64,000 nt of DNA, from positions 64,001 through 128,000 of the forward strand of contig CAWIGG010000002.1 in the NCBI GenBank assembly GCA_963835575.1, in the 5' to 3' direction. A model generated the notes under the pieces. The model had not been told where the DNA came from, did not search any database, and saw nothing but the letters and a program-made list of their open reading frames with translations. The DNA is from an uncultured Spirochaetota bacterium (GTDB lineage Bacteria > Spirochaetota > Brevinematia > Brevinematales > JAOACQ01). Within the stretch, counting starts at the first letter, position 1, and the number at the start of each line of letters is the position of its first letter. Shown one piece after another: positions 10,762 to 20,190 of the stretch. The translations under genes and the position numbers were made by a program.

Positions 10762-11940
10762 ATGACAAAAGCGCGCGCGGCTTTTTTCTTTATCCTGCTT
10801 ATGGTCAACTTTTTATTTATTGATTTTCCCGGCGCTAAAATTATTACTTACGGCGGAATTATTTTAATCCTTATCAATTTTATCTACACAAAAATAATAC
10901 AGGGGAATTTTGAAGTCGAAAGGGAATCCGAGAATTATACTATTTTTTCCGGGATCAGCGAAATCAGCAGATTATTTATCGCCAATAAATCATTCCTGCC
11001 GGTCCATGCGATTTTAGTGAACGACTATGCCGATCTTGATATCAGTCCCCAGCAGAGCCATTCTTTTATTGCGCTGATACCTGCGAAGAAGAAGAACACA
11101 TTTGAATATAATATCTACGGCAGGAAAAGGGGCAGGTACAAAATCGGGCCGACTATTGTCAAATTCAATGATATTCTCGGTATGTTTTCCTTTAATTTTG
11201 AGATTGACACGCATAAGGAAGTCATTGTTTTTCCGAGGATATATAAGATCCCATATATGAGTTATAAGAGCCTTCAGCCCCAGGGCGTCATAAAAAATAA
11301 AGTGCCTATTTTTGAGGACCCTTCCCTCATTACGGGCCTTCGCGAGTATGTGGTCGGTGACGACGTAAAAAAAATAAACTGGAAGATATCGGCCAAGCAC
11401 GGCAAATACCTTGTGAACACATATCAGCATTCAATTTCCTCCGCCAGCATCATCATACTGAATCTCTTTGATGAGGAATACAACTTCCGTGAAAAGGATT
11501 TCTATGTCGAGCAGGCTATTGAGCTTTGCGCCTCGCTTTCGAACGAGCTTTTTCTCATCAAGCAGGAATTCGGCTTGGTGGCCAACTGCAATAAAGATAA
11601 TAATGATACGGTCCTTATTTCCGCCATAGGAAAAAGCGAAAATCATTTTAAGAACCTTTTAATGGACATGGCTTTGATCGAAACTAATAAAACCATCCGC
11701 GTCAGGGATGTTTTTGATAAGCTTAAATATGTCAGGTGGGGATTATCTATTTTTCTCATCACAACGCGGCTGGACGAAGAAACTCTTAATCAATTGATCC
11801 ATTTTCAAAAAAGGGGCCATACGATTACCATCATTAATACAGGGCCTGAAATCCGGAAGGATTTAAGCCTCTGGAATATCGGGTTCCAGAGTTTTTATGC
11901 CGAGCATGAAGCTAATATGATCAACTTATTGAGGCTGTAG
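10762..11940 (+). CDS. DUF58 domain protein
   Basis: KRGRY, LREYVVGDDVKKINWKISAK motif; directly downstream of MoxR. Confidence 0.88.
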   Translation: MTKARAAFFFILLMVNFLFIDFPGAKIITYGGIILILINFIYTKIIQGNFEVERESENYTIFSGISEISRLFIANKSFLPVHAILVNDYADLDISPQQSHSFIALIPAKKKNTFEYNIYGRKRGRYKIGPTIVKFNDILGMFSFNFEIDTHKEVIVFPRIYKIPYMSYKSLQPQGVIKNKVPIFEDPSLITGLREYVVGDDVKKINWKISAKHGKYLVNTYQHSISSASIIILNLFDEEYNFREKDFYVEQAIELCASLSNELFLIKQEFGLVANCNKDNNDTVLISAIGKSENHFKNLLMDMALIETNKTIRVRDVFDKLKYVRWGLSIFLITTRLDEETLNQLIHFQKRGHTITIINTGPEIRKDLSLWNIGFQSFYAEHEANMINLLRL

Positions 11941-11951
11941 GAGGCCGGTGG

Positions 11952-13499
11952 ATGTACGCCCAGAGCAGAAGGTTATTCATCATATTTCTCTGGCTGACTT
12001 TGACGTCAATTACCGGAATATTATTTTACGGCATCATCAGCCTGTTTTTGAGCAATTTCGGCAACACTGCCCTGTGGATCAATATCACTCTCTTTTTTGT
12101 GAGCTACTTTTTAGTGATCATTTACTTCAGCGACCGTGCGGGTTCGGTTATCAAGATCATACTCGGGTTTTTGCTGCTGCTCGGCGCTTTCTTCGCGGCG
12201 CAGTATTTTATCCGTTTCTTTCTAGGCTCTTTTAAAATAATTCAGTTCAGTAATCTCCAGCTTTTACTCCTGATTACCGGGTTATTTCTTATTCTCAGGC
12301 TTTATTTGAACAGCATTAAGAAAGGGTTCGATAAGATCTATATGATACTCAATAATGAAAGCCGTTTTCCCTCAAAGGACAGGTTCAGGGAATGGGCTGA
12401 GGGCCAGATTGATGTCAAAAATGAAAAGATTGAGCCCGTCTGGTTTATCAAGCTCATAACAAACACGGGTTTTTTCCTTCTTGCGCTTTCCTTTATCGGC
12501 ATTGCCAAAAACCCGGAAACGAAATGGTTCCATTCGCTTTTTCTCTTATGCCTGGGGCTGGGCAGCGTCGGGATTTATCTTATTTTATACCAGCTTTCTT
12601 CCATATTAAAGTGGAAGCTTCTGGGCTACGGCATTAAAGAGGAGATCGTTAAAAACTGGAACAGGATGATCGGCTTTATTTATCTTCCGCTTGCCTTACT
12701 GCCGCTCCTGATACCATGGAACTTTATCCTGTTTCCCACAAAATGGCTGACGGACGCGCTGAATAAGTTTTTCTCCAGACTGGCGCTGACTATCAACCTG
12801 GCGCCGGCGGCCCAAGCGATGGAAAACCAGCCTTTGAATGAAGCGCCCGCCGGCAATGAAAATCTTTCAACCCTGATCTGGAACACGACATGGACGATTG
12901 TTAAATATCTTGTCCTGGCCTTATGCGCTTATATTGCCTTTTATCTCATCCTCGCATTGATCGGGAGCGTTTTACTCATTATCTTCCTGAAAAGGGAAAG
13001 GCCGGCATGGGCCATGTTTTTTATCAGGCGTTTTCAGAGGATTATTAAAATCATAACCGGCTTTTTCAAGATCCTGTACATGATCCTTATGCTAATTTTA
13101 AAGATTTTCGGGTTCGGAAACGCCGGAAAGAAAAAAGTTGACAAACGGACACAGCGGCTTGAAAAGCAGCTGTTATCATTTTTTGATAAATACGATCAGC
13201 TTCCGGATGAAAAAATGGAAGAGATCAAGACGATCATCAAAGAGTTTGTCCGGATGATCGAAATCGCGGGCCGCCTTGTAACGCCGTATTACTTTCATTA
13301 CGGCCCCAAGGAATACACCCACATGCTGATCGGGTTTCTTCCCGACCTTAAAAACGATTTGATAAGGATCGTGGACATTTTCAACGAAAGCCGGTACAGC
13401 CTCCATCTCCTGAACGAGGAAAAGAAAAAGGATTTCAAAGTCTCAATAGATGTGGTCATTCAAGAGATATCGTCAAGGCCGCAAACGCCTGCGAAGTGA
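11952..13499 (+). CDS. Multi-pass membrane protein, probable C-terminal DUF4129
   Basis: Many TM segments; C-terminal PKEY...IFNESRYS pattern; third gene of the MoxR-DUF58 operon. Confidence 0.65.
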   Translation: MYAQSRRLFIIFLWLTLTSITGILFYGIISLFLSNFGNTALWINITLFFVSYFLVIIYFSDRAGSVIKIILGFLLLLGAFFAAQYFIRFFLGSFKIIQFSNLQLLLLITGLFLILRLYLNSIKKGFDKIYMILNNESRFPSKDRFREWAEGQIDVKNEKIEPVWFIKLITNTGFFLLALSFIGIAKNPETKWFHSLFLLCLGLGSVGIYLILYQLSSILKWKLLGYGIKEEIVKNWNRMIGFIYLPLALLPLLIPWNFILFPTKWLTDALNKFFSRLALTINLAPAAQAMENQPLNEAPAGNENLSTLIWNTTWTIVKYLVLALCAYIAFYLILALIGSVLLIIFLKRERPAWAMFFIRRFQRIIKIITGFFKILYMILMLILKIFGFGNAGKKKVDKRTQRLEKQLLSFFDKYDQLPDEKMEEIKTIIKEFVRMIEIAGRLVTPYYFHYGPKEYTHMLIGFLPDLKNDLIRIVDIFNESRYSLHLLNEEKKKDFKVSIDVVIQEISSRPQTPAK

Positions 13500-13530
13500 G
13501 AAAGGATTAATACCCAAAATTGCTTTTTTA

Positions 13531-13933
13531 TGCTGATCCCAATTAATCAGGATTTCAAGGATTTTGCAGGATTCTCAGGATAATATAATTTATTGTTTAA
13601 TATGAATTAACCACAGACATGAAGATCGCCAAGAAGCACTAACAAAGTTTTCCTAGTTCCGCTTCTGAATCTTCCGCTAAGTCACGCTAAGATAAAATAT
13701 ACTTTACCAGATATTTCATATTACTCTCTGAGTTAATAGCATTTCAATACACTTTTTCCCCTACTGCAAAGACTCAAAGATAGCTAAGTATTACAATAAA
13801 TTTCCTAAATCCCATATTCGCGTTTATTAGCGTGCATTAGCGGATTATCCGTTCCAACGTAATCTTTTGATAACCATAAGGAACAACTTCAATCCTGATT
13901 AATCCTGCTGATCCTGAATTATTGGGGTCAGCA
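13531..13933. repeat. ~400-bp composite repeat bounded by GA(T/C)CCCAAT/ATTGGGGTC inverted ends, copy 1
   Basis: TGCTGATCCCAAT ... ATTGGGGTCAGCA termini, CAGGATT short tandem arms; interior homologous (inverted) to 23174-23569. Confidence 0.8.
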
Positions 13934-13986
13934 AATTAGATATGTTGTAAAATAAATTTAGTAAAACACAAAAATGACTTCCAATT

Positions 13987-14256
13987 TTATTTATCCTCGA
14001 TCTTCTCCACAACGATCCTGCATTTCGTCACCAGCGCCGCCAGGGCGCCGACGGCAGCCCAGACAGGAAGGAGAGCGGCGCCGATAACGCCGATGGTGAG
14101 CGGTATCTCGATCAGGCTCTGGCCTTCCTCGTTCTTGATCGTGATGCGGCGGATGTTTCCTTCATGAAGGATCTCCTTGATCTTGGAAAGAAGGATGTCG
14201 CCGCTGACCTTGAATTCCTCCGTCCGCGTTTTCTCGTTCTTTTTTTCCTCTTCCAT
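13987..14256 (-). CDS. DUF4342 domain protein
   Basis: TEEFKVSG..LLSKIKEILHEGNIRRITIK...LIEIPLTIG motif; AAGGAGG RBS. Confidence 0.88.
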   Translation of the reverse strand: MEEEKKNEKTRTEEFKVSGDILLSKIKEILHEGNIRRITIKNEEGQSLIEIPLTIGVIGAALLPVWAAVGALAALVTKCRIVVEKIEDK

Positions 14257-14314
14257 ACGGCCTCCTTGATAGCAACTAGAATTCCCCCTGCTTGTTCAAA
14301 AACATCTTCTGAAA

Positions 14315-14590
14315 TTAGTATATTGTTATTTTGATTTTTTCACCAAGCGCCGCCGTATATTTTTCAATTGTAGCAAGTTTCACATTCTCAGTATGATTTT
14401 CAAGCCTTGAAATATTATTTTTGTATGTTTTAAGCTTTTTGGCAATTTCCTCCTGTGTTAATCCGGCTTCTTCCCTGACCATCCGAAGCATCGCGCCGAT
14501 CTTAAAATCCTCATAGCCGAGATCAAACTCTTTTGCGAGATCCGGGCGTTTATTTTTAAATTGTTCGATATGTCTATCCAGATCATCCAT
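14315..14590 (-). CDS. XRE/HTH antitoxin (HigA-like), orphan
   Basis: FDLGYEDFKIGAMLRMVREEAGLTQEEIAKKLKT...ISRLEN HTH_3 pattern typical of Gp49/HigB-linked antitoxins. Confidence 0.85.
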   Translation of the reverse strand: MDDLDRHIEQFKNKRPDLAKEFDLGYEDFKIGAMLRMVREEAGLTQEEIAKKLKTYKNNISRLENHTENVKLATIEKYTAALGEKIKITIY

Positions 14591-14879
14591 AAAAATCTCC
14601 TCTCATTTAGTTATAATTTAACTATTGATAATATCCGATTCATCACGCGGATAACACAGATGACACGGATGGATTCGATTAACTCACCACTGGTTTTCAC
14701 GGATTTTTTCTATAAAGGTTTTACTTCCGGTCTCCTTTTCTTTTTCCCGTATAAACATTCCTGAAATATCCATGCTAATCCGTCAAATCCTCCCTCACCA
14801 GTTTGTCGGGCTACACCGGAGAGGCTAACAAACTGGTGGACGCGAGAAACATCGGAACAGCAGCAAGACTTTTCATACA

Positions 14880-14936
14880 ACTTTTGACATTACCTTTATT
14901 ATTTTCAGTTCTATAGTAAATAATATTTCTTACCAT
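14880..14936 (-). pseudogene. N-terminal remnant of a RelE/HigB (Gp49-like) toxin
   Basis: MVRNIIYYRTENNK resembles the start of HigB-type toxins; lies upstream of the HigA-like gene, behind a promoter and operator; the rest is replaced by repeat DNA. Confidence 0.55.
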
Positions 14937-14941
14937 AGACA

Positions 14942-14970
14942 ATGTTATCATACGTGATAACTTAAATCAA
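14942..14970 (-). promoter_or_regulatory. Sigma70-like leaderless promoter with palindromic TA operator
   Basis: TTGATT-17nt-TAACAT, 5 nt before ATG 14936; overlapping inverted repeat GTTATCA-TACG-TGATAAC (14944-14961). Confidence 0.65.
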
Positions 14971-15143
14971 GCGGGGCGGAAGTCAAATTATCAATCCAGC
15001 CTTACGGTATGCCTAAAAATAACAGACAGAAATGTCTGTTATACCGGATGAACCGGCGGTATTTTTCCTTCTTTAAAAAAGAATATTTCGCATAAATGAA
15101 AAGAATAATAATCATAAAAGATGTTCAATAAATTGTCCGTTCC

Positions 15144-15327
15144 CGAGGCCATTTTTCAGTAGAATCATGGACAGCGTAATAAGGCGGCTATTAAAAAAAG
15201 GAATTGTTTTTTTAAAGCCGGATAACACACCTCCATACGATCAGATAGCTTCGTATGAAAATGGCCTCGAAAGTCCTTTTCTTTTCGGTTCACTTTTCTT
15301 TTGGGACTTTCCAAAAGAAAAGTGAAC
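15144..15327. repeat. MITE-like repeat with CGAGGCCATTTT/AAAATGGCCTCG inverted ends plus a terminal hairpin, copy 1
   Basis: IRs at 15144-15155 and 15258-15269; hairpin 15288-15327; interior similar to the inverted copy at 30229-30340. Confidence 0.7.
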
Positions 15328-15441
15328 AAACCTCTAAGGGTATGCCTTCCCCTTTTTCTTGATTTTATTTATAATCTTTCTTATTATAGAAAGCCTGAAC
15401 CGTAAGTTTATGGTTCAATTTTTAATTCCGAGAGGGACGAT

Positions 15442-16422
15442 ATGGCAAAGATTTTTCTCAGTCTGATCATACCCTGCTATAATGAGCAGGAGGTCATCGG
15501 GCAGACATACATCAGGGTCAAAAAAGTCCTGACTTCCAATCAATTCAAAGAGCATGAGATCCTCTTTATCAACGACGGAAGCGGCGACAGGACGCTGGAA
15601 ATCCTTGAAAAAATAGCTGGAAAAGATAAGAATGTCAAAGTGATCAGCTTTTCCCGAAACTTCGGGCACCAGGCGGCCGTGTCGGCGGGCATTCACCATG
15701 TTAACGGCGACGCCGCAGTTATCATTGACGGCGACCTGCAGGACCCCCCGGAGCTTATCCCGGATATGGTGGAAATGTGCGTCAAGGAACACTGCAACGT
15801 GGTGTACGGAGTCCGTAAGGTCAGAAAGGGCGAATCCTTCTTTAAAAAATTGACCGCCAAGCTCTTTTACCGTTCGCTCAACTACCTTTCTGAAATTCCC
15901 ATCCCCCTGGACACGGGCGATTTCCGCCTGATCGACAGAAAAGTGATAGATGCGTTTAAAAGTTTAAAGGAAAAAAACAAATACATCCGCGGCCTTGTGA
16001 CGTGGATCGGCTTTAAACAAAGCCCGATCTATTATACGCGCGAGCCGCGCTTTGCCGGCGAAACAAAGTACCCGTTCGCGAAGATGGTAAAATTTGCCAC
16101 GACCGGGCTTCTTTATTTTACCAAAAAGCCTCTCAAGCTTTCTATGGCGCTGGGCTTTTTCAGCATAATCATCGGCATAGGCCTGAGCGTTTACACCGTT
16201 ATTGCCAAATTTTCAAATCTAATAGATACCGTCCCCGGTTGGGCTTCCACAATTATCACACTGGTGTTTTTCGGCGGTGTCCAGCTTATGACCATAGGCG
16301 TGCTGGGGGAATACATCGGCAGCGTTTTTGATGAGATCAAGGGCAGACCCGAATACATTATTGATAAAAAGTGGAATTTTGATGAGGCGGAAGCATGGCA
16401 GAGCAGAAAAAAGAAACGCTGA
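15442..16422 (+). CDS. GT2 polyprenyl-phosphate glycosyltransferase (GtrB/YkcC-like)
   Basis: IIPCYNE, NDGSGD, SRNFGHQAA, DGDLQDPP, GDFRLIDR, two C-terminal TM helices, GEYIG..RP.Y. Confidence 0.92.
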   Translation: MAKIFLSLIIPCYNEQEVIGQTYIRVKKVLTSNQFKEHEILFINDGSGDRTLEILEKIAGKDKNVKVISFSRNFGHQAAVSAGIHHVNGDAAVIIDGDLQDPPELIPDMVEMCVKEHCNVVYGVRKVRKGESFFKKLTAKLFYRSLNYLSEIPIPLDTGDFRLIDRKVIDAFKSLKEKNKYIRGLVTWIGFKQSPIYYTREPRFAGETKYPFAKMVKFATTGLLYFTKKPLKLSMALGFFSIIIGIGLSVYTVIAKFSNLIDTVPGWASTIITLVFFGGVQLMTIGVLGEYIGSVFDEIKGRPEYIIDKKWNFDEAEAWQSRKKKR

Positions 16423-17924
16423 GGGGATTAATAGAAAAGCATTATTTATTTCTTTTTATATGCGTTCTCATCATTGCCGCCTTAAATATTTTTTTCAACA
16501 TTTCAGGAAGGGCAGTCCAGGATTGGGACGAGGCTCGTCATGGCGTATCAGCCTGTGAAATTGTCAAGAACGGCAGCTGGATCAAAACCACTTATGAGGG
16601 TTCCACGGATTACTGGAATTTAAAGCCGCCTCTGGGCCTCTGGCTCATCGCCGTTTCCTACAAGATTTTCGGTTTTAATACCTTCGCTCTCCGGTTTCCT
16701 TCCGCATTGTCCGCATTTCTCTGCGTGTTTTTCCTGATGCGTCTGGCGGCATCGCGTTGTAATAAAATAACCGCAATATTTTCCGGCCTGATTCTTTCGA
16801 CGGCCTTTGCCTTTATCCAGGCCCACTCCGCGAGGAACGGGGATTTTGACGCCCAGCTGGCCCTGGTCCTTCTTCTGGCTGTTTTTTTTCTGGATAAAAT
16901 GAAAGATAACAAGTATTATTTTACGCTCGGCGTTTTTATGGCGGCGCTGGCTTTTCTGCTGAAAAGCTTCGCATTTATACCGGTTTTATCGGTCATTATT
17001 ATTTCTCTTATATTCATGGAAAAAAAATCAAGGCCGGGGCCGGTTCATTATTTAACCGGGGCCGCTGTTTTTATTCTTCCCATAGCCGCATGGGGATTCG
17101 CACGTTTTTCGCAGGATGGATTTGAATTTTTCCAGAGGATGATCTCTTACGATCTGTTTAGAAGGAGTCTTGAACCGCTGGAGGGTCATTCTTCTTCCAA
17201 TCTTTTTTACCTTGAAGTGATCTTCCTTAAATTTATTCCCTGGGCTCTTTTTTTTCTTGTCTTCCCGTTTTATAAAAACAGGATTTATATAAGAAAGGAA
17301 AACTCCCGGAACAGGATACGGTTCCAGGTAAACGGGTTTTATCAAAACCCCATATTCTGGATCTGGATTCTTGTGCCTCTGGCTATCGTCCTCTTCATAA
17401 AAACGAAAAACGAATGGTATATGGACCCTCTCTACCCGGCTTTTTCATTATGGCTGGGATGGCATATTTCGGACCTCCTGAACGATTCCGTCAAAAAAGG
17501 ATTTTTCGGCCGGCTCCGGCTCATGCTGCCGGCGCTTGTTTTATCATTTTTCATTATAGCGGAATCGGCAATATTGATAGTTGACGGATCGCCGATCCTT
17601 CAAATTGCCTTAAACAAGCGCGCTTCATTTCCGGAAATGGAGAAAATCCTGGAAAAGCAGGTTATTTTGAAAAGTATCCCCGCCGCTGTTGATAAAAGCC
17701 CTGTTGAAATCTACAGCGTTTCATGGGAGCAGGCGGATATCTTTATTATGAGAGTTTTGAAAAACATAAGGCCGGTATTACTCAACAATAATGAAGCTTA
17801 CGCTGCCCTGCATAATGAAAATAGAATGCTGATGATAGAAAACACTTTGTCAAATGCTGATATTGTGCAGTCGGACCGGCTGGACGTAATTTTATCTAAC
17901 CGGCACTGGCTGGTGGCAAAATAG
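16395..17924 (+). CDS. ArnT/PMT-like (GT-C) membrane glycosyltransferase
   Basis: DWDEARH, LKPPL..WL, LRFPSAL, many TM helices; overlaps the GT2 gene. Confidence 0.85.
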   Translation: MAEQKKETLRGLIEKHYLFLFICVLIIAALNIFFNISGRAVQDWDEARHGVSACEIVKNGSWIKTTYEGSTDYWNLKPPLGLWLIAVSYKIFGFNTFALRFPSALSAFLCVFFLMRLAASRCNKITAIFSGLILSTAFAFIQAHSARNGDFDAQLALVLLLAVFFLDKMKDNKYYFTLGVFMAALAFLLKSFAFIPVLSVIIISLIFMEKKSRPGPVHYLTGAAVFILPIAAWGFARFSQDGFEFFQRMISYDLFRRSLEPLEGHSSSNLFYLEVIFLKFIPWALFFLVFPFYKNRIYIRKENSRNRIRFQVNGFYQNPIFWIWILVPLAIVLFIKTKNEWYMDPLYPAFSLWLGWHISDLLNDSVKKGFFGRLRLMLPALVLSFFIIAESAILIVDGSPILQIALNKRASFPEMEKILEKQVILKSIPAAVDKSPVEIYSVSWEQADIFIMRVLKNIRPVLLNNNEAYAALHNENRMLMIENTLSNADIVQSDRLDVILSNRHWLVAK

Positions 17925-18071
17925 GAGGGCGGCAGAGTTCAGCACTGGAATTAATGACTTTTTGAATATTTTTTACTTATCCCGCTTTGCGCTTTACAAT
18001 AATGGAATATAAAACATTTTCATACTATCTGCTTGGTCCGGTTAATACAATTTTATTAAGGAGTTCCTTTT

Positions 18072-20129
18072 ATGGCTGATAAAATCAAAAAAAGTATGGT
18101 TATCCTTTTTCTCTTTTTTCTAGTCTTTATACCGCTGGGCGGCGCTGAAAATATAAAGAAGGAAAAAGTCATCATGAATGAAGTGACAAAGGTCCTCAGG
18201 GAGCATTACAGCCGAGAGGCGCTGGACGACAATTTCTCAAAAAAGGCGTACGACCTCTTTATCAAGAACCTGGACTATAATAAAAGGTTCCTGCTTCAGG
18301 AGGACATTAAAAAATTGAACGAATATGAGACAAGGATGGCGGATGATTTTTCCCTTAAAAACACTGAAATCCTGGATGTATCAAAGGCTATAATGGACGA
18401 GAGGATACAGGAGATCAGGAAATACGCGAAAGAGCTTCTCGCTGAGCCGGTTGACCTGACAAGCGATGAATCCCTGGAAATGAACCAGAAAAAAAGGGAT
18501 TTCTGTAGGACAGCCGCGGAACAGAAAGAACTCTGGAGGAAATATCTTAAATATGAAGTCCTTTTTCAATACTATGATTTTATTTCCGTCAATTCGAATT
18601 TTAATTCCGAATTTCAGCCTGATATAGAAAAGAAAGCGCGCGCCAAGGTGGCTAAAAATATCGATCAGATCCTGGACAGGATGCAGAAGGAAAAGGAAGA
18701 AGACAGTTTTGACCGCTATCTTAATATCATCGCGGGATGTTTTGACCCGCATACATCATATATGCCCCCTGTTGATAAAAAAGATTTCGACATCGCCATC
18801 AGCGGCACTTTTGAGGGAATAGGGGCTTCGCTTAAGGAAGAAGGCGAATATATTAAAGTCGTGGATATCATACCGGGAAGCGCGGCATGGAGGCAGAACC
18901 TCTTAAAATCCGGCGATATTATTTTAAAAGTCGCGCAGGGCAAAGACGAACCTGTTGATGTTGTAAATATGCCGGTGAAGGATGTGGTCAAGATCATCCG
19001 CGGCCCGAAAGGCACCGAAGTGCGCCTGACGGTCAGGAAACCCGACGGGCAGATGACCGTGATACCCATTATCAGGGACAAGGTTGTTCTGGAAGACACT
19101 TATGTCAGGGCCGGAATAATCAATGACGAAAAATCGGGTAAAAAATACGGCTATATCTACCTGCCTTTATTTTACCGCGATTTTAACAATAAAAACGGAC
19201 GGAATGCCACCGACGATATGAGGCGCGAGCTTAAAGCGATGCAGGAAGAAAATGTTTCCGGCGTCATTTTTGACCTCAGAAACAACGGGGGAGGGGCGCT
19301 TGAGGACGCGATAAACATCGCCGGGCTTTTTATTGAAAGCGGGCCTGTTGTTCAGGTTAAAGACGGCGATGGAGATTCAAAGGTTTTCAATGATACTGAC
19401 AAAGGCATTGTCTATTCAGGGCCCCTTGTTGTTATGATCAATACTTTCAGCGCTTCGGCTTCCGAGATTGTCGCGGCCGCCCTGCAGGATTACGGGCGGG
19501 GCGTCATACTGGGCGGTCATACATTCGGAAAAGGCACGGTCCAGCAGATTGTCGACCTGGATAATCTGCTTTTCTTCAACGATTTCAAGCCCCTCGGAAG
19601 CGTCAAACTGACGGTGCAGAAATTCTACAGGATCAACGGCGATTCAACACAGCTTAAGGGCGTTACCGGGGACATTCCCATTCCCGATCTCTATGACGGC
19701 ATGGATGTCGGCGAAAAATCCCTGGATTATCCCCTGCCATGGGACACAACACAGGTCCAGAGCTATCCGAAATGGAACACTCCCTATAAACTGGATGATC
19801 TCAGGAATAAAAGCCGGGCCCGGATCCAGAAAAGCGAGATATTCAATCTGATCATTTCAAACTCAGGGCTTTTAAAACAGCAGATGGACCATCCCAGGCC
19901 GCTGCAGCTTGCAAAGTTTCTGGAAGAACAGAAAAACAGCCGTTTATTGGGCGAAAAGATCAACCGGCTTCTTGATGCGCTTTCTCTTTTGGATATAAAA
20001 GTTCCCGATGAAGTTAAAAAGGAAAAGGATTACGCGGATAGAAAAGATAAAATAGAATCTTACATTAAACTTCTTCAGAAGGATATTTACGTCCAGGAAG
20101 CGGTGAATGTTTTAAGTGATATAAAATAA
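18072..20129 (+). CDS. prc: Tail-specific protease Prc/Tsp
   Basis: FDPHTSYM, FEGIGA, DLRNNGGGAL, SASASEI, GKGTVQ, QKFYRING.STQ..GV, LPWD. Confidence 0.9.
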   Translation: MADKIKKSMVILFLFFLVFIPLGGAENIKKEKVIMNEVTKVLREHYSREALDDNFSKKAYDLFIKNLDYNKRFLLQEDIKKLNEYETRMADDFSLKNTEILDVSKAIMDERIQEIRKYAKELLAEPVDLTSDESLEMNQKKRDFCRTAAEQKELWRKYLKYEVLFQYYDFISVNSNFNSEFQPDIEKKARAKVAKNIDQILDRMQKEKEEDSFDRYLNIIAGCFDPHTSYMPPVDKKDFDIAISGTFEGIGASLKEEGEYIKVVDIIPGSAAWRQNLLKSGDIILKVAQGKDEPVDVVNMPVKDVVKIIRGPKGTEVRLTVRKPDGQMTVIPIIRDKVVLEDTYVRAGIINDEKSGKKYGYIYLPLFYRDFNNKNGRNATDDMRRELKAMQEENVSGVIFDLRNNGGGALEDAINIAGLFIESGPVVQVKDGDGDSKVFNDTDKGIVYSGPLVVMINTFSASASEIVAAALQDYGRGVILGGHTFGKGTVQQIVDLDNLLFFNDFKPLGSVKLTVQKFYRINGDSTQLKGVTGDIPIPDLYDGMDVGEKSLDYPLPWDTTQVQSYPKWNTPYKLDDLRNKSRARIQKSEIFNLIISNSGLLKQQMDHPRPLQLAKFLEEQKNSRLLGEKINRLLDALSLLDIKVPDEVKKEKDYADRKDKIESYIKLLQKDIYVQEAVNVLSDIK

Positions 20130-20141
20130 ATGATCTGAATG

Positions 20142-20183
20142 AAATAAAATCCCCCCGCGCTTCGCGCGGGGGGATTTTATTTT
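20142..20183. terminator. Bidirectional rho-independent terminator
   Basis: AAATAAAATCCCCCCGCGC-TTC-GCGCGGGGGGATTTTATTT between convergent genes. Confidence 0.85.
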
Positions 20184-20190
20184 TATATGT

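Noticed and set aside
13545..13920. Short periodic repeats as a CRISPR array
   Set aside because: Units are 9-10 nt, degenerate, without unique spacers; no cas genes in the window
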